Both the position numbers and the translations under genes were made by a program. The notes below the pieces were generated by a model. That model was not told where the DNA came from, did not search any database, and saw only the letters and a program-made list of their open reading frames with translations. A stretch of DNA of 64,000 bases from Chitinophagaceae bacterium (GTDB lineage: Bacteria > Bacteroidota > Bacteroidia > Chitinophagales > Chitinophagaceae): assembly GCA_016719015.1 (NCBI GenBank), contig JADKAZ010000006.1, positions 101,835 through 165,834 of the forward strand. The letters run 5' to 3'. Below, one piece after another: positions 53,006-63,301 of the stretch; within the stretch, counting starts at the first letter, position 1, and every line of letters starts with the position of its first letter.

Positions 53006-56000
53006 ATGTCATTTAATAAAGAAAGATTAGAAAGTAAATTTAAAGAGGAATACGAAAGGCTAAATGAAAAGCAGCGCATTGCCGTTGATACTATCGATGG
53101 CCCGGTGATGGTTATTGCCGGACCAGGCACTGGTAAAACACAAATATTGGCCAGCCGCATTGGAAAAATATTATTAGATACTGATGCACAGCCCGAAAAT
53201 ATACTTTGTCTTACCTATACCGAAGCAGGTGTAGTGGCGATGCGGAGACGGTTATTAAACTTTATCGGTCCAAATGCATATAAGGTAAACATCTGCACTT
53301 TCCATGCTTTTTGCAATGATGTAATACAGGATAACTTATCGCTGTTTGAAAAAACAGCCCTGGATCCTGTTTCTGATTTGGAAAAAATTCAATTCTTTAA
53401 AGAACTGATTGATTCTTTCCCCAAAAATCATCTGCTGAAAAGATATAGAGGTGATGTTTATTTTGAGATCAATAACCTGCAATCACTTTTCAGTAACATG
53501 AAAAAAGAAGGTTGGACACCTTCATTCATTAATCAAAAAATAGATGATTACCTCGCCAACCTGCCAACAAGAGATGAATTTATTTATAAAAGAAAATATA
53601 AAGAGTTCAATGCAGGTGATTTGAAAAGAGATAAAATACAGGAAGAACAGGAGCGAATGGAAAAGCTCCGGGCTGCAGTTGGTGAATTTGACCGTTTTCA
53701 ACAATTAATGCGGAAAAAGAATCGCTATGATTTTGATGACATGATCAACTGGGTCATCAAAGCATTTGAAGAAAACAAAAACCTGCTCGCCAACTACCAG
53801 GAAAAATATCAATACATACTGGTAGATGAATACCAGGATACAAGCGGTACACAAAACAGGTTGGTAGAATTATTGATCAGCTATTGGGAAAAGCCCAATG
53901 TATTTGTAGTGGGTGATGATGACCAGAGTATCTATCGCTTTCAGGGAGCCAACGTAGAAAATATGCTGGACTTTGCCGCTAACTATCAAAACGATCTACT
54001 CACTGTTGTATTAACCAACAACTATCGATCTACACAACCAATTTTAGATATTTCAAAAACGTTAATCAACCGCAATGACGAACGGTTGGTAAAAAAGATT
54101 GAAGGCCTTAGCAAAGAACTGCTTTCCACTAATCAACTTATTAACCAATTAACTAATAAACCATTCATCCGGGAATACGATACCCAGCGGCAAGAGATGA
54201 TCGGCATAGCAAAACAAGTGCAGGATTTAGTGGGGCAACAAGTGCCCCCTGGAAAAATCGGCATTATCTATAAAGAAAATAAATACGGAGAAGAACTGGC
54301 GCAATATTTCAAGCTGCTGAATATTCCGGTATATAGCAAACGGCATTTGAATATTTTGGAATTGTCGCTGGGACAAAAAATAATGCTGGTATTAAAGTAC
54401 CTCGCATCAGAACATGATATTTCATATAGCGGCGATGAAATGCTGTTTGAAATTTTACACTTCGATTGGTTTGGCATTCCATCTATTGAAATTGCCAAAA
54501 TAAGTATGGAAGTAGCTGAGAAAAGATATAAAGATGATAAGACTTCCATTCGCCAATTATTGGTTGAAAAATCCCTGGCTCCGGCTAAAGATCTTTTCAG
54601 CAGTAATCTTCACGGAGGGTTGAAAAAAACATCAGCTATCATTGAGCAATTGGTTACTGATGTTTCCAATGTTACGCTACAGCATTTATTTGAAAATATT
54701 ATCAGGGAAGCCGGTGTGCTTAGTCACATAATGCAAAGCCCCGACAAACATTGGCAGTTGCAAATACTAACTGGCCTGTTTGATTTTGTAAAAGATGAAA
54801 CCCATCGTAACCCCACTTTAAATCTCCAGGGATTTGTGAACCTTATTGAGATGATGGAAAAAGAGGACATCAAACTGCCTTTGGTACAGGTAAGTGGCAG
54901 CGATAAAGGTGTAAACCTGATGACAGCACATGGCTCAAAAGGATTGGAGTTTGAATATGTATTACTCGTTGGTTGCAATTCGTCATTCTGGGAAAAGAAA
55001 AGAAAACCCGGTGGTGGATATAAATTACCGGACACAATGTTTACTTCGCTAGCCGGTACTAACGATGAGGAAGAACTGCGTAGATTATTTTATGTAGCAA
55101 TAACTAGAGCAGAACAGCATCTTTATATTTCCTACAGCAAATTCAAAAATGATGGCAAAGAATTAGAGCCATCGATGTTTATTGCAGAAATACAGGACGA
55201 ACATCAACTGCCAATAGAGAAAATAATTATCGACACCGGAGTATTATCTGAATTTGCAGCGTTGCATTTTATAGAAGCGCAGGCACCCGAAATTGATAAA
55301 ATAGAAGAAGAATATATTGGCCAATTGCTGGATAAGTTTGTAATGAATGTAACAGCGCTGAATAATTACCTGAAATGCCCCCTGGAGTTTTATTTCAAAA
55401 ATTTAGTCCGCATACCATCTCCAAAGAATGAAGCCACTGAATTTGGTTCGGCTGTGCATCATGCACTGGAAAAACTATTCCGCAAAATGCAGGATGGTAA
55501 GAAAGATACATTTGAACCGAAAGAAGAATTTATTGGTGACTTTGTATGGTACATAGAACGTCATAGAGAAAGTTTTACCAGGGAACAATATGCCCGCCGC
55601 CTCGAATATGGCCAGGAAGTATTGAGCCACTATTACGATAAATACATCAGCAGTTTTAATAAAATTGTAACCATCGAACGGCGAATTAAAACCGTTTATA
55701 AAGATGTGCCGTTAAAAGGCGCATTGGATAAATTAGAATTCGATGGTAAATCAGTAAACGTAGTTGACTATAAATCCGGCGACCCTGATAAAGGTATTCC
55801 CAAAACAAAAGGGCCGTCAGACAAAGACCCCAATGGCGGCGACTACTGGCGGCAAGCCGTTTTCTATAAAATACTCGTAGATAATTACGAGCAGAAAGAC
55901 TGGAAAGTCGTAAGCACCGAATTTGATTTTATTGAACCCGACAAAAAGAAAAACTATCGGAAAGAAAAAGTAGTTATCTCTCCGGTAGATATTATAACCG

Positions 56001-56155
56001 TTACTCAGCAAATAACTGATACCTGGGAGAAAATTCAAAACCGGGACTTTTATACCGGCTGCGGAAAAGAAGATTGCCATTGGTGCAATTTTGTAAAAAC
56101 CAATAACCTGGCAATTGCCCTGCATTCGCTGGAAGAAGAACCTACAGAAGACTAA
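53006..56155 (+). CDS. UvrD/REP helicase fused to a PD-(D/E)XK nuclease
   Basis: AGPGTGKT, VDEYQD, GDDDQSIY, NYRS, HGSKGLE, YVAITRA; then LKGALD and VVDYKSG. Confidence 0.92.
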   Translation: MSFNKERLESKFKEEYERLNEKQRIAVDTIDGPVMVIAGPGTGKTQILASRIGKILLDTDAQPENILCLTYTEAGVVAMRRRLLNFIGPNAYKVNICTFHAFCNDVIQDNLSLFEKTALDPVSDLEKIQFFKELIDSFPKNHLLKRYRGDVYFEINNLQSLFSNMKKEGWTPSFINQKIDDYLANLPTRDEFIYKRKYKEFNAGDLKRDKIQEEQERMEKLRAAVGEFDRFQQLMRKKNRYDFDDMINWVIKAFEENKNLLANYQEKYQYILVDEYQDTSGTQNRLVELLISYWEKPNVFVVGDDDQSIYRFQGANVENMLDFAANYQNDLLTVVLTNNYRSTQPILDISKTLINRNDERLVKKIEGLSKELLSTNQLINQLTNKPFIREYDTQRQEMIGIAKQVQDLVGQQVPPGKIGIIYKENKYGEELAQYFKLLNIPVYSKRHLNILELSLGQKIMLVLKYLASEHDISYSGDEMLFEILHFDWFGIPSIEIAKISMEVAEKRYKDDKTSIRQLLVEKSLAPAKDLFSSNLHGGLKKTSAIIEQLVTDVSNVTLQHLFENIIREAGVLSHIMQSPDKHWQLQILTGLFDFVKDETHRNPTLNLQGFVNLIEMMEKEDIKLPLVQVSGSDKGVNLMTAHGSKGLEFEYVLLVGCNSSFWEKKRKPGGGYKLPDTMFTSLAGTNDEEELRRLFYVAITRAEQHLYISYSKFKNDGKELEPSMFIAEIQDEHQLPIEKIIIDTGVLSEFAALHFIEAQAPEIDKIEEEYIGQLLDKFVMNVTALNNYLKCPLEFYFKNLVRIPSPKNEATEFGSAVHHALEKLFRKMQDGKKDTFEPKEEFIGDFVWYIERHRESFTREQYARRLEYGQEVLSHYYDKYISSFNKIVTIERRIKTVYKDVPLKGALDKLEFDGKSVNVVDYKSGDPDKGIPKTKGPSDKDPNGGDYWRQAVFYKILVDNYEQKDWKVVSTEFDFIEPDKKKNYRKEKVVISPVDIITVTQQITDTWEKIQNRDFYTGCGKEDCHWCNFVKTNNLAIALHSLEEEPTED

Positions 56156-56255
56156 CCGTGAAGCGGACTTGTTCTGCTTCGTTCGCCCTGAGGTGAACTT
56201 GTTCTACTTCTGGGGATTTATGATTTTAAAAACAACCCATTCCCGGCAAACTCTT

Positions 56256-56263
56256 TAAGTTTG
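56256..56263 (+). promoter_or_regulatory. Bacteroidota -7 promoter element
   Basis: TAAGTTTG 8 nt before the ATG. Confidence 0.55.
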
Positions 56264-56271
56264 CACCTCGC

Positions 56272-57726
56272 ATGAGTTATAAAAGTGTAATATCAGCAAC
56301 AGCCCTCCTTATAATCTCTTTAATCAGTATAATCAGTGGTCCGGGCTGCGCCAATATCATACCGCCGCAAGGTGGACCAAGAGACTCCATTCCCCCGGTA
56401 CTTCTGAAAGCTACTCCGGTCGACTCTACAAGAAATTTTACAGGAAATAAAATCGTTTTCACTTTTGATGAGTTTGTGGATGTGCAGGCTGTACAGGAAA
56501 ATTTATCCGTTTCTCCTTCTCCCAGGATCAATCCTTCTGTGGACTTTAAATTAAATACCGTTACAGTAAAATTGAAAGATAGCCTTGAAGCCAATACTAC
56601 TTATTCTATAAACTTCGGTGATGCCATTAAAGACTATACCGAAGGAAATCCCATAAAGGGATTTACCTATACCTTCTCCACCGGAAAGTATATTGATTCA
56701 TTAGAACTTACCGGCAATGTGATGCTGGCTGAAACCGGCAAAACAGATTCTACATTAATTGTCATGCTTCATACCAGTGCCGATGATTCCGTGGTGGTGA
56801 AAGATAAACCCCGCTATGTAGCAAAACTGGATAGTAAAGGGAATTTTATTTTTAAAAATCTTCCCCCCAAAACTTTTTACCTGTATGCCCTTAAAGATGA
56901 GGGTGGCACCCGTCGGTATTTCAGTGATAAACAATTGTTCGCTTTTGCGGATAAGCCAGTAATTGTCTCGGGCAAAACCGAACCTGTTACCTTGTATGCA
57001 TACTCAGTAAAGCCACCGCCTCAGCAAACTGCTGCACAATCCGGTATCAATATCGGAAATCGAAATAAAAAAGGAGAAGGAATGGCTGCTGATAACCGTT
57101 TAAAGTACCTGACTAATCTCAATAATAATCAGCAGGACTTGTTGGCTAATTTCACCATAACTTTTGAACAGCCTCTTCGTTCTTTCGACTCAACAAAAAT
57201 CAGGCTTTATACCGATTCTGTTTTTACCCCAGTTGCTGGTTATACATTTCAAAAAGACACCAATAACAAAAAAATTGTTCTTATACACACCCCCCTGACC
57301 GGTCAAACTGATTGGAAAGAAAACACCACCTACCATCTTATTCTAGACAAGGATTTTGCATCAGACTCTTCCGGTAAAAAATTATTGAAGACCGATACCC
57401 TTAGCTTTAAAACAAAAAAAATAGCTGATTACGGCTCTCTGCAATTAAAATTTAAAAATCTGGATATAGCCAAAAACCCAGTTCTGCTCTTTGTTTTAAG
57501 TGAAAATATTTTTAAATCCGTATCGCTGAGCAATGCTGAGTTTTCGCAGCCTCTTTTCCTTCCCGGCGAATATGAGCTTCGCATTTTATATGATACAAAT
57601 AAAAACGGTGTATGGGATCCGGGTCAATTTTTCGGCAAACACAAACAGCCTGAATTGGTGAAATCAATTGAAAGAAAAATAACTGTGAAACCAGCCTGGC
57701 AGAATGAAATTGAAATAACACTTTAG
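56272..57726 (+). CDS. Ig-like (Big_5)-domain lipoprotein
   Basis: GCANIIPPQGGPRD, LEANTTYSINFG, DTNKNGVWDPG. Confidence 0.8.
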   Translation: MSYKSVISATALLIISLISIISGPGCANIIPPQGGPRDSIPPVLLKATPVDSTRNFTGNKIVFTFDEFVDVQAVQENLSVSPSPRINPSVDFKLNTVTVKLKDSLEANTTYSINFGDAIKDYTEGNPIKGFTYTFSTGKYIDSLELTGNVMLAETGKTDSTLIVMLHTSADDSVVVKDKPRYVAKLDSKGNFIFKNLPPKTFYLYALKDEGGTRRYFSDKQLFAFADKPVIVSGKTEPVTLYAYSVKPPPQQTAAQSGINIGNRNKKGEGMAADNRLKYLTNLNNNQQDLLANFTITFEQPLRSFDSTKIRLYTDSVFTPVAGYTFQKDTNNKKIVLIHTPLTGQTDWKENTTYHLILDKDFASDSSGKKLLKTDTLSFKTKKIADYGSLQLKFKNLDIAKNPVLLFVLSENIFKSVSLSNAEFSQPLFLPGEYELRILYDTNKNGVWDPGQFFGKHKQPELVKSIERKITVKPAWQNEIEITL

Positions 57727-57809
57727 TGAATACCCAATTGTGAATAGAACCCGGCTCTTTCAGGAATCCTATTGACATTTCACTATTCACCATTGACTAT
57801 CTTTGCTCC

Positions 57810-58430
57810 ATGCAATTTTCCTCTTCCCTTTTAGAAAATGCCGTCAATGAATTTGCCAAACTTCCCGGTATTGGCAAAAAGACGGCTTTACGGTTGGTAT
57901 TGCATTTATTAAAGCAGGATACCAAAGAGGTAGGACAGTTTAGCGAAGTCATAGCCCGGATGAGGAGTGAAATTAAATTTTGTCAACGTTGTTTTAATGT
58001 AGCGGATGGAGATATTTGTTCTATCTGTGCCAATTCACTAAGAAAACAGGAAGTGATTTGTGTGGTGGAAAGTATCCGGGATGTGATTGCCATTGAAAGC
58101 ACACAGCAATTCAACGGAACCTACCATGTATTGAACGGGGTTATCTCCCCGCTGGATGGCATTGGCCCCGACCAATTGAATATCGAATCATTAATCAATC
58201 GAATTGAAAAAGAGAAGACAGAAGAATTGATCTTTGCATTGAACCCCAACATACAAGGTGACACCACTATCTATTATATTCAGAAGAAGTTACAGCCTTT
58301 CAGTATCCGCATCACTACTATTGCCCGTGGTATTGCCTTCGGCGGCGAACTCGAATATGCCGATGAAATGACCCTGGCAAGAAGTCTGCAAAACCGCCTC
58401 CCCGTTGAGAGTTATGTCTCTAACCGGTAA
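57810..58430 (+). CDS. recR: Recombination protein RecR
   Basis: LPGIGKKTALR, C4 zinc finger, YHVLNGVISPL TOPRIM domain, ELEYAD. Confidence 0.97.
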   Translation: MQFSSSLLENAVNEFAKLPGIGKKTALRLVLHLLKQDTKEVGQFSEVIARMRSEIKFCQRCFNVADGDICSICANSLRKQEVICVVESIRDVIAIESTQQFNGTYHVLNGVISPLDGIGPDQLNIESLINRIEKEKTEELIFALNPNIQGDTTIYYIQKKLQPFSIRITTIARGIAFGGELEYADEMTLARSLQNRLPVESYVSNR

Positions 58431-58465
58431 GTCCCGCCCCGCTTGTTTATTATACCTATATAACT

Positions 58466-58473
58466 TAGCTTTG
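58466..58473 (+). promoter_or_regulatory. Bacteroidota -7 promoter element of the metH leader
   Basis: TAGCTTTG about 11 nt before the riboswitch P1 stem. Confidence 0.65.
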
Positions 58474-58484
58474 CTGCCATACTA

Positions 58485-58534
58485 CAGGCGGATTTGTTTA
58501 TTGTTCGGCCTGCTCTAAACAAGAACTAATAAAC
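58485..58534 (+). ncRNA. SAM-II-class riboswitch (H-type pseudoknot)
   Basis: P1 CAGGC/GCCTG; GAUUU loop; GUUUAUUGUUC (58496-58506) pairs with GAAC-U-AAUAAAC (58523-58534) with one bulged U; lies upstream of metH. Confidence 0.8.
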
Positions 58535-58589
58535 GTACGAGACTCCCTCCACGGTTTCCCAACGTTTATAGTTCGCAAACATTCATTGT

Positions 58590-59591
58590 ATGAAAACAAT
58601 TCAGGATTGTTTGAAAGAACGCATTTTAATTATTGATGGTGCTATGGGCACTATGATTCAACGCCACAAACTAACCGAAGCAGATTACCGTGGCGAAAGG
58701 TTTAAAGACTGGCAGTGTGATGTAAAAGGCAATAATGATCTGCTGAACATTACACAACCACATATCATTACCGCAATACATAAGGACTACCTGGATGCAG
58801 GTGCTGATATTATTGAAACAAATACTTTTAGCAGCACTACTATTGCAATGGCTGATTATGAAATGCAGTCGTTGGCTTATGAATTAAATGTAGCTGCAGC
58901 CAGGTGTGCTAAAGAAGCTATTAAACAATCCGGTAAACAGGCATGGGTAGCTGGTGCTATCGGGCCATTAAATAAAACATTATCACTTTCTCCCGATGTA
59001 AACAATCCGGGCTTCCGTGCTGTTACATTTGATGAAGTGGTAAATGCCTATTATGAACAGGTAAAAGGATTGGTAGATGGCGGCGTTGATATTTTGCTCA
59101 TAGAAACCATATTTGATACACTGAATGCAAAAGCGGCCATCTTCGCCATTAAAAAATATTTTAGGGATACAAAGCAAGAAGCCTTGCCAATCATGATCAG
59201 TGGGACGATTACTGATGCGTCTGGCAGAACACTCAGCGGGCAAACTCTTGAAGCTTTCTACACTTCTATCATGCATGCCAAACCAATCAGTGTTGGCCTG
59301 AACTGTGCATTAGGGGCAAAAGAAATGCGACCCCATATTGAGGAACTTTCACAAATAGCCAGCTGTTATGTATCGGCCTATCCCAATGCGGGTTTACCCA
59401 ATGCTATGGGAGAATATGATGAACACCCCGAAGACACCGCCCACTACCTGGAAGATTGGGCAAAGGAAGGCTGGGTGAATATTGTAGGCGGCTGCTGTGG
59501 CACTACCCCTGATCATATCAGGCATATTGCACAGGAAGTAAAAAATATTACACCCAGGCAATTACCCGTAGTAGAAAAAGAATTAGCATGA
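58590..59591 (+). CDS. metH: Methionine synthase, N-terminal homocysteine S-methyltransferase half
   Basis: [36 protein letters not shown]. Confidence 0.95.
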   Translation: MKTIQDCLKERILIIDGAMGTMIQRHKLTEADYRGERFKDWQCDVKGNNDLLNITQPHIITAIHKDYLDAGADIIETNTFSSTTIAMADYEMQSLAYELNVAAARCAKEAIKQSGKQAWVAGAIGPLNKTLSLSPDVNNPGFRAVTFDEVVNAYYEQVKGLVDGGVDILLIETIFDTLNAKAAIFAIKKYFRDTKQEALPIMISGTITDASGRTLSGQTLEAFYTSIMHAKPISVGLNCALGAKEMRPHIEELSQIASCYVSAYPNAGLPNAMGEYDEHPEDTAHYLEDWAKEGWVNIVGGCCGTTPDHIRHIAQEVKNITPRQLPVVEKELA

Positions 59592-59686
59592 CCACTCCCC
59601 AACTACTGATATTAATATCTCTCCTTATACTTGTAGTGAACAACTTTTCATTTATAAAAAAGCTGTTTGTAAAAAAGAATTCATAA
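59588..59686 (+). CDS. Putative 32-aa hydrophobic small protein, absent from the ORF track
   Basis: [32 protein letters not shown]; ATGA overlap upstream and TAA-ATG abutment downstream. Confidence 0.55.
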   Translation: MTTPQLLILISLLILVVNNFSFIKKLFVKKNS

Positions 59687-62427
59687 ATGCACGACACAGT
59701 TGTTATCAAACCGTATTTAAGATTAGCCGGATTAGAGCCATTGGTTGTAAGACCGGAAACTAATTTTGTAAATGTTGGTGAAAGAACGAATGTAACAGGT
59801 TCGAAAAAATTTGCCCGCCTCATCAAGGAAAATAAATACGAAGAAGCATTAAGTGTAGCAAGGCAACAGGTAGAGAATGGAGCCCAGGTACTCGATGTAA
59901 ATATGGATGATGCCTTATTAGATGGTGTGCTGGCAATGACCACTTTCCTGAACCTGGTACAAAGTGAGCCGGATATTGCTAAGATTCCGATCATGATCGA
60001 CAGCTCCAAGTTCGGGATCATTGAGGCGGGATTAAAATGTGTACAGGGAAAGTGTATTGTAAACTCTATTTCTATGAAAGAAGGCGAAGCTAAATTCATA
60101 GAACAGGCCATTATTTGCCAGAGCTACGGTGCATCAGTTATAGTAATGGCATTTGATGAAAAAGGACAAGCTGATACCAAACAACGCAAAGTAGAAATTT
60201 GCCACCGTGCCTATAAAATATTGACAGAACAGGTGGGCTACGATCCGCAGGATATAATTTTCGATCCTAATATTTTTGCTATTGCCACCGGTATGGAAGA
60301 GCATAATAATTATGGTGTTGATTTTATAGAGGCTACCAAAGAAATAAAACAACTGATGCCTTTAACGAAAGTTAGCGGTGGTGTCAGCAATCTTTCTTTT
60401 GCATTTCGTGGAAATGATCATGTACGGGAAGCCATGAACAGTGTGTTTCTTTTTTATGCCATCAAGGCGGGTATGGACATGGGTATAGTAAATGCGGGAC
60501 AGTTAGTTGTGTATGATGAAATAGAACCGAAGCTGAAAAAGCTTTGCGAAGATGTAATTCTTAACCGCAATAATGATAACAATGAAGCTACTGAAAGCCT
60601 GATCGCTTTTGCCGAAACAGTAAAAGCAAAAGGAAAAGAAAATATAAAAGATGAAAGCTGGAGAGAAACTTCAGTAGAAGAAAGGTTAAAACATTCTTTG
60701 GTAAACGGAATCACCGATTATATTGATGCGGATACTGAAGAAGCCAGAAACAAATACCCAAAACCTCTTGATGTTATTGAAGGCCCGCTGATGGATGGTA
60801 TGAATGTAGTGGGAGATTTATTCGGAGCTGGTAAAATGTTTTTACCACAGGTAGTAAAAAGTGCAAGGGTGATGAAAAAATCGGTAGCCGTTCTCACTCC
60901 TTTCATTGAAGCCGAAAAAGAAGAAAGAAAACAGGCACATCTCGCTGCCGGTACTATTAATGAAGAAGCTGCCGGGGCGCCTAAAGTTTTACTGGCAACG
61001 GTAAAAGGCGATGTGCATGATATTGGTAAAAACATTGTAGGTGTTGTATTGGGCTGTAATGGTTACGACATTATTGACCTTGGTGTAATGGTGCCAACAG
61101 ACAAAATTTTAGATACGGCTGATAAGGAAAATGTTGATATAATTGGCCTCAGTGGCCTTATTACTCCCTCCCTGGATGAAATGGTGCATGTGGCACATGA
61201 GATGAAACGCCGTGGCATGAAACAACCATTGTTGATCGGCGGCGCTACCACTTCGAGAATGCATACGGCAGTAAAAATTGCGCCGCAATATGACAATGGG
61301 GTATTGCACATTCTTGATGCATCCAGAAGTGTAACGGCGGTTAGCACCTTACTCAATAAAGAACAACGCAGCTCCCTGCTTCAGCAAACACAACATGAAT
61401 ATGAAGAGCTCCGCAACCAGTTTTTGAATAAGAACAAAAAAACGCTGATTCCCTATAGTGAAGCGGTTGTTACCAAAGAGTATTTTGACTGGAAAAATTA
61501 TACCCCGACCAGGCCTGCCGTAGACGGTGTGAAAGTGTTGAAGGATTTTGATCTGGCTACCATTGCCCGGTATATTGACTGGGGACCTTTCTTTATCGCC
61601 TGGGAAAATGCCCGGTCGTTTCCTGAAGTACTATCAGATAAAATTTTCGGTGTCGAAGCTACCCGTCTTTATAATGATGCAACAAAGATGGTGGAGCAAT
61701 TGGTAAAAGAGAAATGGTTCATGGCAGATGGTGTTATTGGATTCTGGCCCGCCGCCAGTAATAATGCAGATACGGTAACCTTACAAACAAGTACAGGAGA
61801 AGTAAAACTTGAATCACTCCGGCAGCAACTAAAGAAAGCTGTTGGGCAACCCAGTTATTCATTAGCTGATTTCATCAAACCAACGCAAAACAGTTCCCCG
61901 CTTGGCGATGGCGACACCAACGGAGATTACATGGGTGCATTCGCTGTTACCATTCATGGTGCAAAAAATATATTGACCAGTTTGCTGCTGATCATGATGA
62001 ATACAATAAAATACTGGTGCAAATATTGGCTGACCGTTTTGTAGAAGCCTTTGCAGAATGCCTGCATGAAAAAGTGAGAAAAGAATACTGGGGTTATGAC
62101 CAAAACGAAACATTGACCAATGAACAAATGATACGGGAAGAATATAAAGGTATCCGGCCCGCACCAGGCTATCCGGCCTGTCCCGACCATACAGAGAAAA
62201 TTAAATTATTTGATTTATTGAATGTTACAGAAAACATCGGCATTGAAATGACTGAAAGCCTAGCTATGAATCCACCGGCTTCTGTTTGCGGCTGGTATAT
62301 CGCTCATCCGCAAAGCCATTATTTTGGTTTGGGTAAAATTGGTAAAGACCAGCTGGAAGATTATGCGAACCGAAAAGGAATGAGTTTGGAAGAGGCGGGG
62401 AAGTGGTTAAGGCCGGTGCTGGAATAA
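59687..62427 (+). CDS. metH: Methionine synthase, C-terminal pterin/B12/activation half, frameshift near 61965
   Basis: [36 protein letters not shown]. Confidence 0.95.
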
Positions 62428-62429
62428 AA

Positions 62430-63047
62430 TTACTTTAATAGGTTATAGGCATTCATTTCCCGTATTAATTGTTCAGGAGAATCAAAGTGAATGCTGTTGA
62501 AGCCTAATGCCTCCGCGGCCTTTATATTTCGCAAATTATCGTCAATAAACAAAGCTTCCTCCGCCTTTACATTGTACCGCTTGAGTAGTAAATTGTAAAA
62601 CTCCGGAAATGGTTTTCTAATTTTTTCTTCGCCACTCACTACCCTGCCATCGAACCAATGGAGAAAATTATAGCGAACAAGGGCAATATCAAACAATCCT
62701 GCCTGCCAGTTGGTTAATGCATAAAATTTATAATGATGGGTATCTTTTAACTGGCGGAAAATATTAACAGTACCAGCAATAGGTCCCTTCAGCATATCGG
62801 TCCACCTGCCGTAATAATCCCGGATAGCTGTTTCCCAATCAGGATATTGCTTTACCAGTTCTTCTGTAGCACCTACAATAGAACGACCCTCATCCTGTTT
62901 CTCATTCCAGTCTAAAGTGCAGATAGTAGTAAGGAAATAATCTCTTTTCTCAATGGAGTCAAAATAGGTCTCATTAAAAACATATTTGGGATTCCAGTCA
63001 ATTAGTACCCCTCCCAGATCAAAAATGATTGTATTTATCGCTGCCAT
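62430..63047 (-). CDS. HAD-family phosphatase
   Basis: IIFDLGGVL, ALTN, KP, FIDDN. Confidence 0.88.
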   Translation of the reverse strand: MAAINTIIFDLGGVLIDWNPKYVFNETYFDSIEKRDYFLTTICTLDWNEKQDEGRSIVGATEELVKQYPDWETAIRDYYGRWTDMLKGPIAGTVNIFRQLKDTHHYKFYALTNWQAGLFDIALVRYNFLHWFDGRVVSGEEKIRKPFPEFYNLLLKRYNVKAEEALFIDDNLRNIKAAEALGFNSIHFDSPEQLIREMNAYNLLK

Positions 63048-63301
63048 TATTTGTACCTGTATTTTAACCATATCATTATTAATGACATGGAAAGTACGAT
63101 TGCATTGGTAAGAATAATGACCCAGTTATCAAGCAATGCACCGTACCAGATCCACATTACTTCATTTATAGCTGCAATTAAAAACATCAGTAAAGAAATA
63201 TCTTTTGCTGATTTTTCCTTCCAGGTTTTAATTACCTGGGGAAGAAACGTAAGGGATGTTATTGCTCCCGCAGAGTAACCGAGTATATCAACAAATGCCA
63301 T
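63047..63301 (-). CDS. SemiSWEET (PQ-loop) sugar transporter
   Basis: TFLPQVIK, DIS, WIWYG, ILTN; 84 aa with 3 TM helices. Confidence 0.88.
   Translation of the reverse strand: MAFVDILGYSAGAITSLTFLPQVIKTWKEKSAKDISLLMFLIAAINEVMWIWYGALLDNWVIILTNAIVLSMSLIMIWLKYRYK

Noticed and set aside
56167-56210. Direct repeat ACTTGTTCT(G/A)CTTC x2 as CRISPR
   Set aside because: Only two short copies 30 bp apart and no cas genes.
58440-58590. Cobalamin or SAM-I riboswitch before metH
   Set aside because: No B12-box or SAM-I core is present; the sequence fits the SAM-II pseudoknot instead.
58590-62427. Split metH as a novelty
   Set aside because: Two-gene MetH is common in Bacteroidota; only the intervening micro-ORF and the riboswitch are reported.
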